NCBI GenBank assembly: GCA_039818205.1
Contig: JBCBUK010000011.1
Location: 1 to 64,000 of the forward strand
Length of the DNA stretch: 64,000 nucleotides
Source: Verrucomicrobiota bacterium
Lineage (GTDB): Bacteria > Verrucomicrobiota > Verrucomicrobiia > Opitutales > Cerasicoccaceae
Direction: 5' to 3'
Numbering within the stretch: position 1 is the stretch's first letter; each line of letters begins with the position of its first letter. The position numbers and the translations under genes were made by a program. Below, one piece after another: positions 22,127-32,617 of this stretch. The notes under the pieces were generated by a model, which was not told where the DNA came from, made no database searches, and saw only the letters and a list, made by a program, of their open reading frames with translations.

Positions 22127-22767
22127 CTAGGATTCAGGATTCACCAAGCCATGAGCAATAGCGTAGCGCGTAAGACCAGCAGTGTCATGGATGTTCAACT
22201 TTGTGATGATCCGATTGCGATGCGTTTCAGCCGTCTTGACGCTGATACCCAACTTGGCCGAAATTTCTTTGTTACTGTAGCTTTCGGCCACCAACTGGAG
22301 GATCTCTTTTTCTCGAAACGACAAATCGTTAACCGAATCGACCTGCTCCGGATGCAGCATCAGGTCGCGGAGGATGCTTGAGGCTTCAGGGCTGTAGAAC
22401 GTTTGGCCTTGGGCCACCGTATTGATCGCATTCTCCAATACTTCGAGGGGCTCCGACTTCTTGACCAATCCGCTGGCACCCAGTTCGAGAACCTTCTTGA
22501 TTATCGCTCGATTATTAAAAGCAGAGAATACGAGCACCTTTAGGTTTGGCAGCTCATTCTTTAGCTTCTCATGATGTTCACACCATTCAAGCCGGGAATC
22601 AATACATCAAGAACGACCATATCCGGTTTCCGTTCTTGAATCAGCTTCAGTCCTTCAAGACCGTCACCGGATTGCCCGACAAGCTCAAACATTGGAGATT
22701 CATTGATTAACCTCGCAACAAACTCGCAAAGGATTTTCTCATCTTCAACGATAACAACCTTATTCAT
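22127..22767 (-). pseudogene. NarL/FixJ-family response regulator split by a 1-nt frameshift (pseudogene or sequencing error)
   Basis: Receiver N-half (22561-22767) and receiver-C + LuxR HTH (22127-22537) join if one A is added: ATG AGA AGC TAA becomes ATG AGA AAG CTA AAG AAT GAG CTG CCA (MRKLKNELPNLKVLVF). Confidence 0.85.
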
Positions 22768-22903
22768 AGTCCTACCTTAACACTTCGGTCGTCGACATGC
22801 AATGGATTCATACATGATGACGTCGAAATAGCTGATATAGATCACGAATTTAGTGAATAACCAGCAAATGATTTACGAATACAATTTTTGATTATCATTG
22901 ATT

Positions 22904-23890
22904 TTAATTACTAGACTCATTCTCACTTGGATGAGTCCGCAAGATATGGATGGTAATTTCAGGTGGACAGTTGAGGCGTGCAGCAATAGCGCAACTTCCG
23001 GTTCCGGGCGAAGTATACCCGAGTAGATTATTGCTTCTCCATCGTCCCTTAATAAACGGCTTGGCCAAGTTCTTTACTGGGCACACCAGGTGGTGGCCAC
23101 CGGGTAGGCAAAGTTGCCCACCATGTGTATGGCCTGAGAGCATCAGATCAAAGTCATAGCGCGAAGCCTCGTCATGAGGTTCTGGTGAATGGCAGAGCAA
23201 GATACAGCATTGATCTACAGGGACGTTTCGCTGAGCTCGTTCGAAATCATGGACCTCGTAGAAATGTTGGTCGTCTACCCCGGCGATCCATAGCTTCTGT
23301 CCATCGCGTGTTATCGCCGTAGACTCATTGAGTAGTATTGGTAGCCCGGCGGACTCTAAGTGCCAGACCTCTTCAATAAAGTCATGGTTGCCTAGGATTC
23401 CCCAGCGATGTTTGCTTAGAACGGAAAGAATCGGGACCATTAGCTGCATTGACGGTCCATAGTCGTCGTTAGTTGAGTTGCGGTAGTCACCGGTGATCAC
23501 ACAGGCATCATGGTCGACCGTTGCGATACGGTCAGCGATTGTATCGGCTAATTGCTCATCGAGGTCGATGTGTAGATCGGATAGCTGCATCAAGCGAAAT
23601 CCATCGAATGCCGGTGGCAACCGGCGCAGGTGCCAGGTTTGTTCGACGACGTTTATCTCGTAGATGTTCTTGCGAGCTTTGTGCCGCAAACCAAGAATCG
23701 ATAGCCCGAGTTCTGCGATCCGATCAATCGGTACAAACTGCTCTAGTCGAAAGGTCCCCTCTCCCTGATGGGTCATTCTTGCCCAATGAGAGGCCTGTTT
23801 AATCAGTCGCTTGCTTAGTAATTCACGGCCCATTCGGCGCTCGAGTATCGCGTAATGGTTGGGAAGTGGCTTACTCGAAATTGACGACAC
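22904..23890 (-). CDS. Calcineurin-like metallophosphoesterase
   Basis: SDLH, TGD, GNHD, CHSP, GHTHGGQ. Confidence 0.9.
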   Translation of the reverse strand: MSSISSKPLPNHYAILERRMGRELLSKRLIKQASHWARMTHQGEGTFRLEQFVPIDRIAELGLSILGLRHKARKNIYEINVVEQTWHLRRLPPAFDGFRLMQLSDLHIDLDEQLADTIADRIATVDHDACVITGDYRNSTNDDYGPSMQLMVPILSVLSKHRWGILGNHDFIEEVWHLESAGLPILLNESTAITRDGQKLWIAGVDDQHFYEVHDFERAQRNVPVDQCCILLCHSPEPHDEASRYDFDLMLSGHTHGGQLCLPGGHHLVCPVKNLAKPFIKGRWRSNNLLGYTSPGTGSCAIAARLNCPPEITIHILRTHPSENESSN

Positions 23891-24081
23891 TTGTTCTGAA
23901 TTCTAGGGGTTAACTAGCTTTGGGCTAACTCACTGAATCGAGTCTACAAAGCTGCTCAAGATTGTCTAGGCCAGATCGGGAAAATTTCCCATGACTCGGA
24001 TTTGGCTATCCTAAAGGATAGTTAGCAGCCGCGTAGTTGATGTGGTAATATTACTTCTCGAAACCACATCATTAAAAGCCC

Positions 24082-25392
24082 ATGACAGATTACTCAAAGC
24101 GTAAATTCCTCAAGACATCCGTTGCTATTGGCGCAACACTGCCATTCTTCAATATTGTAAGAGCGGATAACCTTGGCAGTGAACAATTGAAAGTCGGCTT
24201 CATTGGTCTCGGGAAGATTACTACAGGCCTGTTGCGGGCGTTTATGTCGCGAAATCAAGTCGTGGCGATCTGCGATGTCGACACGGTTCGACGGGATATG
24301 GCCGTCAAGCGGGTTAACGATCAATACGGTAATCAAGATTGTGCTTCCTATGTGGATTACCGTGACCTGCTCGCAAGGGACGATATCGATGTGGTCGTTA
24401 TTGCGACACCAGACCATTGGCACGCGACAATGGTTATTGATGCCGCTCGTGCGGGTAAGGACATCTATTGTGAGAAACCGCTAACTCACGATATTGATGA
24501 AGCCATCCGCGTAATGGACGAGGTAAAGAAGGCCGGTGTTGTGCTTCAAACCGGTTCTCAACAGCGTTCGATGAAAGAATTTCGGTGTGCTGCTGAGTTG
24601 GTCCGCAATGAGGTGGCTGGAAAACTGATTCGAGTTTCTTCTAATTTTTGGGGGCCAGGTCGCTCATGTGACCTGGGCGAGGAAGCGCTGGAGCCCGGAC
24701 TCGACTGGAATCGTTGGGTCGGGCCCGCGCCGATTCGGCCCTACAATTCCGTGCTTAGCCCGCGAGGCTTTCCTGAAGTCTTTCCACAGTGGCGCGCTTT
24801 CAAAGAGTTTGGCGGTGGCGGAGTCTGCGATATGGGCGCCCACCATTTGGATATTGCGCAGTGGGCTCTGGACCGTGATGACTCAGGACCAATCAAAGTC
24901 ATTCCGCCTGAAGATCTTTCTGCGAAGCGGGGGGCACGATTTGTCTACGATGATGGCATCGAACTGACTCACGGCGGCGAGTTTCACCTGGATTTTGAAT
25001 GTGAGAATGGTCGCATTCAAGTTAGCCGCGGAAAGTTTAACCTCGAGCTTGAGGGTAAGACGGTCCACCGCTTTTTGGATCGTGAGGATGGCGGATCCCT
25101 TAGCCGTGCCGTGGCATTGACGGAACGCGAATTCTTGGCGGATGCCAAAGTGCGCCTGCAACGCAACAAGAACGGCCATCAACAAGATTTCTTGGATTGC
25201 ATCGCGACTCGTGGCAAAACGATTGCAAATGAAGTGGTTGGTTCGCGCTCGGCAATCTGCTGCCATCTAATGAACCTTGCATATTACGAGCAGCAGCAGA
25301 TTGATTGGGATCCGATCAAGCTACAGTTCTCGAGCGATAGTTGTGACCCTGCCTGGTTAACTGGGTCTCGTCGGGACTACCTTAGCGCGTAA
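24082..25392 (+). CDS. Gfo/Idh/MocA oxidoreductase, Tat-like signal
   Basis: SKRKFLK, GFIGLG, ATPDHWH, CEKP, DMGAHHLD. Confidence 0.92.
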   Translation: MTDYSKRKFLKTSVAIGATLPFFNIVRADNLGSEQLKVGFIGLGKITTGLLRAFMSRNQVVAICDVDTVRRDMAVKRVNDQYGNQDCASYVDYRDLLARDDIDVVVIATPDHWHATMVIDAARAGKDIYCEKPLTHDIDEAIRVMDEVKKAGVVLQTGSQQRSMKEFRCAAELVRNEVAGKLIRVSSNFWGPGRSCDLGEEALEPGLDWNRWVGPAPIRPYNSVLSPRGFPEVFPQWRAFKEFGGGGVCDMGAHHLDIAQWALDRDDSGPIKVIPPEDLSAKRGARFVYDDGIELTHGGEFHLDFECENGRIQVSRGKFNLELEGKTVHRFLDREDGGSLSRAVALTEREFLADAKVRLQRNKNGHQQDFLDCIATRGKTIANEVVGSRSAICCHLMNLAYYEQQQIDWDPIKLQFSSDSCDPAWLTGSRRDYLSA

Positions 25393-25735
25393 GCGAGCAT
25401 CTGCTCTCTTGCTTTTTCTATTTGGAGCATGCGGATCCGGTTCTGATCGGTCCGCATTTCTTCGTTTGATTGGCTCCTAATTATTGGGCCAGTTTTTCTA
25501 CGATACCAATTGTTCAACCCTCTAAGGAATCGGAATGTTTTGAGGGATTTTGCTGGCATATCCACTGCGCTTTCTGGTATCTCCCAAGACGCACCCTAGA
25601 CGATTCGTTTGTATTCAAAGCATCCATTTTCGATAGCCCCGAGAGTGGTATTCGTGTACTGATTAATTGTTTGCGTGGCCTTATTTCTCAGGTTGCTTGG
25701 CGTGCCTTGCCATAATCCCCCCATTGTTACTCATC

Positions 25736-27259
25736 ATGATTCCGTATGTACTGAAATGTGGTTCATCAATCACTTCTTTCTATCGTTCACGCGTGTTTTT
25801 GCACTTCTTTACTGCCCTGTTGAGCTGCGCGTGTATTCTCGAGGCTAACGACGACCGTACCCGGCTAATCATTATGGCAGACATGGGTAATGAAACGGAC
25901 GAAGAGCAACAGATGGCCCACATGTTAATGTATTCGAACATGTTTGACCTCGAAGGACTCATCGCTTGTTCCGGGCTCTACCTCCACTCAGGAGTGAATA
26001 GTCAGTTTCGGAGCAAAACTCATCCCGAGCTGTTTACCAAGCTGATCAATGCCTATGCCGATGTGTTGGAAAATCTGGAGAAGCATGACGATGGTTGGCC
26101 GTCCCCAGACTACTTGCACAGCATTGTCCGCTCGGGAACCAATGTCTTTGGCATGAAAGGAGTTGGCAAGGGGCAGTCGGATGAAGCGTCTATCTTCTTG
26201 GAGGCAGCAATCGTCCGCGACGATCCACGCAAGTTATACATCGTCGCAAATGCTGGGACCAATACTCTAGCGCAAGCGCTCATCGATCTGGACGCAAAGT
26301 ATTCCGACGCCGAGATGAAGCAGCTTTGCGAAAAGATCATCGTCTTTGAGAATGGGGCACAAGACAATGCCGGCGCCTGGATCGCGAGCAAATACCCCCA
26401 TATTGCCTGGCATCGCAGCAATCGACAGACCTACTGTTATGGCGGTCCAGACAATGGTAACTTTGGGACAGCTCTAGGCCCCTACACCTGGAGTCCCTAC
26501 AAGCGGGATTCTGATGGGCAGGACGAGTGGGCCACCGAGCACATAAAGCAGAACCATGGTCCGCTTGGCGCACTCTTTCCCTACCGCAATCGATTCATCG
26601 AGGGCGGAGGAACCATTCCCTGGATGGGGTTGGCGTTCCACGGGATTAGCGATCCTGAGCGCCTATACTGGGGCGGCCAGAGTGGACGCTTTTCGCGGGA
26701 GAAACAAAAGAACGTGATGTCACGTCACCCGGGCATTCGAGAGGATGAAAAGGCCTATGGTGAGTTCTACATGTTCGATTCCGATACTGAATCGGAGTCG
26801 TGGACTGATCCTGTCGAGAATGAAGCATTTTCGGGTCGAGAAGTTCCAGTCTGGCGGTTTCGACGCTCCATGTTTAACGACTTTCAAGGTCGTATGGATT
26901 GGTGCGTTAAGGATTTTGACGAAGCCAACCACAATCCGGTTGCAGCGGTGAACGGTGACAAGTCAGACAACATTCTCTTTTTGAATGTCGAGCCTGGCCA
27001 AGTGGTTGATCTGGATGCGAGCGCCAGCTCCGACCCCGATGGAGATGCGGTCGATCTTAATTGGTGGGTCTATCGGGAAGCTGGAACCTATGGCAAGCCA
27101 ATCGCCATCGATAACCCAACCGCTTCGAAGACGGCACTTCAGATTCCTGCAGACGCTGGAGGTAAGGAAATTCACGTGATTCTCGAAGCCAAAGACCAAA
27201 GCGAAATCATTCCCATGTATGATTTTCGACGACTCGTAATGACGGTTGCCGAGAAATAG
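25736..27259 (+). CDS. DUF1593 nucleoside-hydrolase-like protein with C-terminal Ig-like domain
   Basis: [51 protein letters not shown]; start uncertain. Confidence 0.8.
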   Translation: MIPYVLKCGSSITSFYRSRVFLHFFTALLSCACILEANDDRTRLIIMADMGNETDEEQQMAHMLMYSNMFDLEGLIACSGLYLHSGVNSQFRSKTHPELFTKLINAYADVLENLEKHDDGWPSPDYLHSIVRSGTNVFGMKGVGKGQSDEASIFLEAAIVRDDPRKLYIVANAGTNTLAQALIDLDAKYSDAEMKQLCEKIIVFENGAQDNAGAWIASKYPHIAWHRSNRQTYCYGGPDNGNFGTALGPYTWSPYKRDSDGQDEWATEHIKQNHGPLGALFPYRNRFIEGGGTIPWMGLAFHGISDPERLYWGGQSGRFSREKQKNVMSRHPGIREDEKAYGEFYMFDSDTESESWTDPVENEAFSGREVPVWRFRRSMFNDFQGRMDWCVKDFDEANHNPVAAVNGDKSDNILFLNVEPGQVVDLDASASSDPDGDAVDLNWWVYREAGTYGKPIAIDNPTASKTALQIPADAGGKEIHVILEAKDQSEIIPMYDFRRLVMTVAEK

Positions 27260-27412
27260 TTATCCTGGTAAATTAGATGTTTAGTAATCCTGGTTCCAAG
27301 CAACGCTTTCTCAAGAGAATGTGAAAATGACGCGTTGTAGCGGCGGAATAGAGATTCCTTCTCGAGCCATGAGGACATAGTCGATATTGAATACAATCAT
27401 TCATTATTGCCT

Positions 27413-28675
27413 ATGAATCCCTTCCTTTGCTTTTCTATTTTCGCCGTTGCTGGAACGCCGGTTCTCTCTGTTCATGGTCAGCCGTTGGCGCCCGCCGAAT
27501 CCCCGCCTCAGTCGACGGTGATTGAGCGCATTTCGCTTTCTGCAAATAGCGCCGAATTCCATCATGAGCCCTTGGCCACGACCGAGTGGACTTTTCACAA
27601 GAATGGCGACGGGTCGCGTCCGAGTGGGGTGGAGCAGCAATATGTCTGGTTAATGAATCGAGCACGGACCAATCCGGAGGTCGAGGGTATCTGGTTGTCG
27701 CTGGTTCGGGAGAATGGTGTCCGCAGTGCCATCAACTTTTTCAGCGTGAACCTGGACATCATGCGCGATGAGTTTGAGGTGATTTCCAGCAACCCCCCGG
27801 CAGCCTTTGATATCCGTTTGCACAATGCGGCGTTGGACCACTCCAACTACCTGATCAGTATTGATGGCCAGAACCATAACAATCAGTTTCAGCGGGTTAC
27901 CGATGCCGGGTTTGTCTACACGAGTATCGGTGGAAGCGTGTTTTCATACTCACGTAACGGCCTCTACGGTCATGCAGGATTCAACATCGACTGGGGCGGA
28001 AATGACGGCACGGGCATGCAAACGGGTAGGGGACATCGTGCTGGCTTGATGAGCAGCCGGGCAAACGTGGGCGTTGGTATTGCCCTCGACAATAACGGTT
28101 CGACTTCCGTTGGTCCGCAGGTAACGACAATCAATTATGCGAATGGCAGCACCTTCAGTGCGAATCACTACAACCGCTTTATCGTTGGCACTGTTTGGGA
28201 AGATTCGAACGGCAACAGTTTTTATGATCCGGGTGAAGGAATTGGAGGCGTAACCGTTCAACCAGACAGTGGCGATTTCTATGCGATTACTGGTGATGCT
28301 GGCGGCTATGCAGTTCCAGTTGATCCCGGATCATATGTGGTGACATTTAGTGGGGGTTCGCTTTCGTCTCCGGTGGTCAAAAACGTCACCGTCGGCACTA
28401 CAAGTGAACTTATCCCGTGGATCGAGTTTTCTTCTGTCGCGCTCCTGGCGGAAGCGTCCTTGGCCATTGATACTGATGCCCACGAAGTTGACGCATCCTG
28501 GGAGCATGTCTATGGGTTACCGTCGACCGTTGTCGTAAGTGATGATATGCAAAATTGGACGGTTATTGATGACTCTATCAGTCTATCCGGAAGCACCTTC
28601 CTTTGGTCGGATGATTGGTCGGACCTCACGACAAAGCGCTTTTGGCGCATTCAGTCGTGGACCTATATGGAGTAG
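27413..28675 (+). CDS. Secreted CAP(SCP)-domain protein with SdrD-B/carboxypeptidase-regulatory-like domain
   Basis: LMNRARTNP, LHNAALDHS, GHR; DSNGNSFYDPGEGIGGVTV; C-terminal KRFWRI segment. Confidence 0.7.
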   Translation: MNPFLCFSIFAVAGTPVLSVHGQPLAPAESPPQSTVIERISLSANSAEFHHEPLATTEWTFHKNGDGSRPSGVEQQYVWLMNRARTNPEVEGIWLSLVRENGVRSAINFFSVNLDIMRDEFEVISSNPPAAFDIRLHNAALDHSNYLISIDGQNHNNQFQRVTDAGFVYTSIGGSVFSYSRNGLYGHAGFNIDWGGNDGTGMQTGRGHRAGLMSSRANVGVGIALDNNGSTSVGPQVTTINYANGSTFSANHYNRFIVGTVWEDSNGNSFYDPGEGIGGVTVQPDSGDFYAITGDAGGYAVPVDPGSYVVTFSGGSLSSPVVKNVTVGTTSELIPWIEFSSVALLAEASLAIDTDAHEVDASWEHVYGLPSTVVVSDDMQNWTVIDDSISLSGSTFLWSDDWSDLTTKRFWRIQSWTYME

Positions 28676-28753
28676 GTTGAGCGCGAATCGCGCCTCATCC
28701 TTTTGTTGAAAAATGTCGTTGCCTTGATCAGGCGAGTTCGAGACGAATGAGTG

Positions 28754-29077
28754 ATGTCTCAATCGTTTGAAAATGTATCAATTGTTAAGAAGGCCAACGT
28801 CTATTTCGATGGCCAGGTAACCAGCCGCACTGTTCTGTTCGCTGACGGAACCAAAAAGACATTGGGCTTCATGCAAGCCGGGGATTATGAGTTTGATACC
28901 GATGCTCCGGAGCTGATGGAAATGCTCGGTGGCGAAATGGACGTGAAAGTTGCTGGAGCTGCTGAATGGAAAACCTACCGCGAAGGCGATTCCTTCGAAG
29001 TTCCCGGGAATTCGAAGTTTTCGCTCAAGGTAAAAGCCGGCGGTGCCGACTATTGCTGCTCGTATTTGAGTGAATAG
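28754..29077 (+). CDS. ppnP: Pyrimidine/purine nucleoside phosphorylase
   Basis: [39 protein letters not shown]. Confidence 0.9.
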   Translation: MSQSFENVSIVKKANVYFDGQVTSRTVLFADGTKKTLGFMQAGDYEFDTDAPELMEMLGGEMDVKVAGAAEWKTYREGDSFEVPGNSKFSLKVKAGGADYCCSYLSE

Positions 29078-29301
29078 CTTCTTTCTGCGAATTGCATTTT
29101 CCGAGAGTTCTAAGGCACACCCGACGATGTGTCTTTTTCTTTATCGAACCGCGGTTCTCAGAGTCGGTCCCAGTCAGTGTTAATGTCGGTATCAGGTATT
29201 CGAGCTCCCCGAGTTCGCTCACCTGAGAAGCCGTATGTCAGCAACCCTCCTGATTCGAATATTAGGAAATCGCAAATCGGTAATATTTGACTTCAACAAA
29301 T

Positions 29302-29335
29302 AGGCAGCCCTCGAAAATCTTTTCGAGGGCTGCCT
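29302..29335. terminator. Perfect 16-bp inverted repeat, probable intrinsic terminator
   Basis: AGGCAGCCCTCGAAAA-TC-TTTTCGAGGGCTGCCT; ATTTGTT follows on the minus strand. Confidence 0.65.
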
Positions 29336-29392
29336 TACTACTACTACTGCTACTTTTACTCACGTCAGTGATGTTGAAACCACTAACGTCTT

Positions 29393-29518
29393 TCAATAAT
29401 AGCTCGATTTGACCGCATTTTCAACCGGATCGATCAAAAATGCGTCACCGAATGGGTTGTCCAGCATGGTGGGTGGATCGTACAGCTCGCTTGTATGAGA
29501 TAAGGAACCGGTGTGCAT
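29393..29518 (-). CDS. Possible 41-aa small protein (not in ORF track)
   Basis: Hand translation MHTGSLSHTSELYDPPTMLDNPFGDAFLIDPVENAVKSSYY, upstream of the hairpin; no family recognised. Confidence 0.25.
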   Translation of the reverse strand: MHTGSLSHTSELYDPPTMLDNPFGDAFLIDPVENAVKSSYY

Positions 29519-29648
29519 TCCCGATTCATGGAATAAGTTGTTGCTCAACTAATGCGAATTGAACTACCGAAGCTGTTCCAGTGCTTTGGTTAGTCTAGCA
29601 AATATCCGCAGGACTGAAGGCCAGGGATTTTGAAAAAATACAGAAGGG

Positions 29649-30251
29649 CTATGGCTTAACTGGCATATGGCTGAGCCTCTTGCGTGAACATCTGTTTCGT
29701 AGCCCTCGCCAGGCAGCTAGTCCAAACAATGCTAGACCGCCACCGATAGAAATGAAGGTCGAGGGTTCTGGGATTGGACTGGCTCGGACGGTTATGGTGC
29801 CCGTTGCACTGCCAGCAAAGACGCCGCCGTCCGAAATTATGTTGTAGATGCCCGGGGTGAAAATGAATCCAAACGGTTGTGGGGTCGTCTCAATCGTGGT
29901 TGAACCCTCAAAACCGTAGCTGGCAGCGGGTGGTAAAATGTTTTCGAAGTCGAACTCGATAGCATCCTGATTCAAAAGAATCGCACTGATTTCTTCTCCT
30001 CCAAAGTTAAGTCCGGGGTAGGAGGTCCCGACTAGTGGGTTCAAAGGCACAAATGGCGCAAACGCATTTCCGTCTAGAAGGAGGGAGCCAAAATCACCAG
30101 GCGCCCCCATTAGGGAGCCATTTGCGGCGAGCTGGAAACTGTTGGCATCGTTTGCAATAGGAGAAATCGTTATCGTTAGAACGCCCATCGCTGAGCGGAT
30201 TGCAGCTAGAGAGGCGACAACTGCGAAGAGTAAGGATCTGCCGGTGGTCAT
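29649..30251 (-). CDS. PEP-CTERM sorting domain protein
   Basis: Signal peptide; C-terminal IPEPST + TM helix + basic residues. Confidence 0.85.
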   Translation of the reverse strand: MTTGRSLLFAVVASLAAIRSAMGVLTITISPIANDANSFQLAANGSLMGAPGDFGSLLLDGNAFAPFVPLNPLVGTSYPGLNFGGEEISAILLNQDAIEFDFENILPPAASYGFEGSTTIETTPQPFGFIFTPGIYNIISDGGVFAGSATGTITVRASPIPEPSTFISIGGGLALFGLAAWRGLRNRCSRKRLSHMPVKP

Positions 30252-30583
30252 GATTTGTTCAACTATGATTCTGAATTCTTGGTGTCTATGAGTAACCTAT
30301 AGATAATACTAGTTGAGATCCTCTATATACTAATATCTACAATCAAATGTTGGTGGAACTGATTATTGAGCCCTATACACTCTTGTGGGGCTAATCACGC
30401 ACCCGGGTGATAGGTGCCTGGGCCCCACTGAAGCACGGCGGATAGCATTCGCTGTCCCATGTCAGTCACCGAGAACGGGATATGCGAACTTGAGAATGGA
30501 AAATCAGCCGCACGGTAGATTCAGGTCATTCCCGACACAGTTTGGCCGGATTGCTCAATGCAGCGGGGCGGCTTTGAGCGTAC

Positions 30584-30618
30584 AAAAAAAGCCCGCAATG
30601 CGAGAGCAAATACGGGTT
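30584..30618 (-). terminator. Intrinsic terminator downstream of the tRNA-Phe 3' end
   Basis: Minus strand CCCGTA..TGCGGGC stem followed by T7. Confidence 0.65.
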
Positions 30619-30624
30619 TAAAAG

Positions 30625-30671
30625 TGGTGGCCAGACCGTGAATCGAACACGGGACACAAGGATTTTCAGTC
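30625..30671 (-). tRNA. 3' fragment of tRNA-Phe(GAA); prophage attachment site, not an intact tRNA
   Basis: Minus strand GACTGAAAATCCTTGTGTCCCGTGTTCGATTCACGGTCTGGCCACCA: anticodon loop, T-arm CCGTG-TTCGATT-CACGG, acceptor 3' strand and CCA; no D-arm or 5' acceptor strand; integrase starts 160 bp away. Confidence 0.9.
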
Positions 30672-30830
30672 TTTAGAGGTTTTAGGCGGATGTGAGGTTT
30701 AAATAGGCGTAAGATTTTGTTTATCAGGGTTTAAGCGATTCAGTACCTTCGGGGGAAATTTAAAGTTCTTAAAAAGTTTTTTAGTGTTTTAAACTTGTTT
30801 AAGGTCGGAACCTGGAACAAGTTGGAACAC

Positions 30831-31994
30831 ATGCCTAGGGCGAAATCAGTATCGGTTAAGTATGTGAATTCGCGTCGTCGTTGGCTGGTTCGCTACATCG
30901 ACGACCGGGGAAAGGACAAAAAGGCTTACTTCAAAGACGAGCAGGAAGCCAAGCAAATGCGCCGCCAATTACTCGACGAAATCCGCGATTTTGGTTGGCG
31001 ACAAGACGCGCTGAATGCCGAGGAACAGCGCCAGGCAGTCCAAGCCCTGGAAGAGTTAAAACCCTATGGTGTCGGACTCTTGGCCGCGGCCCGATACTAT
31101 GTGCAGCGTCACCGCCAGGCCCAAGTTACCGGTGAACAGGCTGAGACTGAATTTTTAGAAGCCTGGGCGAAACGCGATTTGCGCGGGGATAGCTTACCCG
31201 CTTATGCTCGCCATTTGAAGCGTTGGCGTTCGGCGTTTGGCCGGATGACGATCGATGAGCCAAGTCGACAAGACATTTTGGATTGGATGCTTGGGACCGG
31301 ACTTGCACCGAAGACTCTGCGCAGTTTGCGTACACACCTATCGGTGTTCTACAATTTCTGTGTTGAGCGAAAGTATCGCGAGGACAACCCGGTGAAAACG
31401 ATCGGGAAGGACTTGCCGCGTCTGGATGCGGGGGCGCGCGCGCACGGATTTTTCAGCTTCAAAGAGGTCTATGATATGCTGGCCGCTGCGGATTCGACCG
31501 TTGCCGCTCAATTGGCGCTGCAGTTGTTCGCGGGGATCCGTCCACGTGAGATGGAACGATTAACCGCCAAGGAAGTGGATTTTGAGCTGCGGCAAATTTG
31601 GATCCCGGGCGAGGTTTCAAAGATCCGCCGCCCGCGAGTCCTGAAGAATCTGCCCGAGAACCTGTGGACGTGGCTGGATCCGCTTAAGGAACTGCCTGAA
31701 GATGAACCGCTAATTCGGCACTGGAGGTTCAGGAAACGTATTCTCGCCGTGCGGGAAAAAGCGGGAATCACTCGCTGGCCGCATGATGTGTTGCGGCATA
31801 CCTTTGCGACCTATGCCACGGATGCGGCGGCCTTGGGTATGGAAGGCTTCGCGCTCGCTTGGATCCGGAACACGATGGGTCACCAAACGGAATCCATGCT
31901 ATCTGAGTATGAGGGGGTCTTGCGGCGGCACGAAGATACCCGACAGTTTTGGGAATTGACGCCGGATTCGTTGAGCGCAAAATATAGTTCATGA
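30831..31994 (+). CDS. int: Tyrosine recombinase/integrase
   Basis: AGIRPRE (R), SKIRR (K), HDVLRHTFAT (HxxR), MGH, EY; adjacent to att. Confidence 0.93.
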   Translation: MPRAKSVSVKYVNSRRRWLVRYIDDRGKDKKAYFKDEQEAKQMRRQLLDEIRDFGWRQDALNAEEQRQAVQALEELKPYGVGLLAAARYYVQRHRQAQVTGEQAETEFLEAWAKRDLRGDSLPAYARHLKRWRSAFGRMTIDEPSRQDILDWMLGTGLAPKTLRSLRTHLSVFYNFCVERKYREDNPVKTIGKDLPRLDAGARAHGFFSFKEVYDMLAAADSTVAAQLALQLFAGIRPREMERLTAKEVDFELRQIWIPGEVSKIRRPRVLKNLPENLWTWLDPLKELPEDEPLIRHWRFRKRILAVREKAGITRWPHDVLRHTFATYATDAAALGMEGFALAWIRNTMGHQTESMLSEYEGVLRRHEDTRQFWELTPDSLSAKYSS

Positions 31995-32617
31995 GGTTTT
32001 GCTTTCCTGCGTTGGCTGTCGTGTTGCTTTTTGCTGGCTGCGCGGAGTCGACCTTTACGGCCTATAAGGGAGCTCAGGTAGATTGGCCAACCTCGCCAGG
32101 CGCTTTCATAGATGAGTCTTGTTCGCTGCCGATCTACAGGGAGGGTTACCCGGACAGGGCTTACGAGGTCCTAGGCACGGTCTCGACGAAAACCGCGCCA
32201 GTGCGGCGTAGCGAGACGCTTTGCTTGGCCGCCGAAAAGGCAAAGGAAATGGGCGCTGATGCTGTGTTGTTCCTGGATGAGTCGAAAGAGTATGTTGGGA
32301 CGACCGGCGGCGGCAATTTCTACAATTACGGCGGTAGTGTGACCGGCTACACTGATCATGGGACGGCACTTTATGCAGGTCGCGCGGCGGTATATGCTAT
32401 CAAGTTTATTGATTCGCCAAAGCCCGCTACTCCTCAAAACCGGTTTGGTGGTATTCCGGTCGACGAGAATCAGCCGACGAGGCAAGAGTATCTGCAGGCG
32501 GCGGCGATTTGGCGGGCAGAAGCCCGCGCAAAGGCAGACCAGGGCGACTATCAAGCAGCAGCTGATTTGCAGACGAGGGCCGAGCAAGCCGAAGCTGCCG
32601 CTGGAGGCGTCAACTAG
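31991..32617 (+). CDS. Prophage lipoprotein (YbjQ/dodecin-like pattern)
   Basis: Lipobox LFAGC; YEVLGTV..AKEMGADAV; ATGA overlap with int. Confidence 0.7.
   Translation: MRFCFPALAVVLLFAGCAESTFTAYKGAQVDWPTSPGAFIDESCSLPIYREGYPDRAYEVLGTVSTKTAPVRRSETLCLAAEKAKEMGADAVLFLDESKEYVGTTGGGNFYNYGGSVTGYTDHGTALYAGRAAVYAIKFIDSPKPATPQNRFGGIPVDENQPTRQEYLQAAAIWRAEARAKADQGDYQAAADLQTRAEQAEAAAGGVN

Noticed and set aside
30385..30428. GTGGGGC..GCCCCAC stem as an ncRNA
   Set aside because: Short stems with no recognised family or promoter; could be chance.
30625..30700. Intact tRNA-Phe gene
   Set aside because: The D-arm and 5' acceptor strand are absent; only the 3' 47 bp match.
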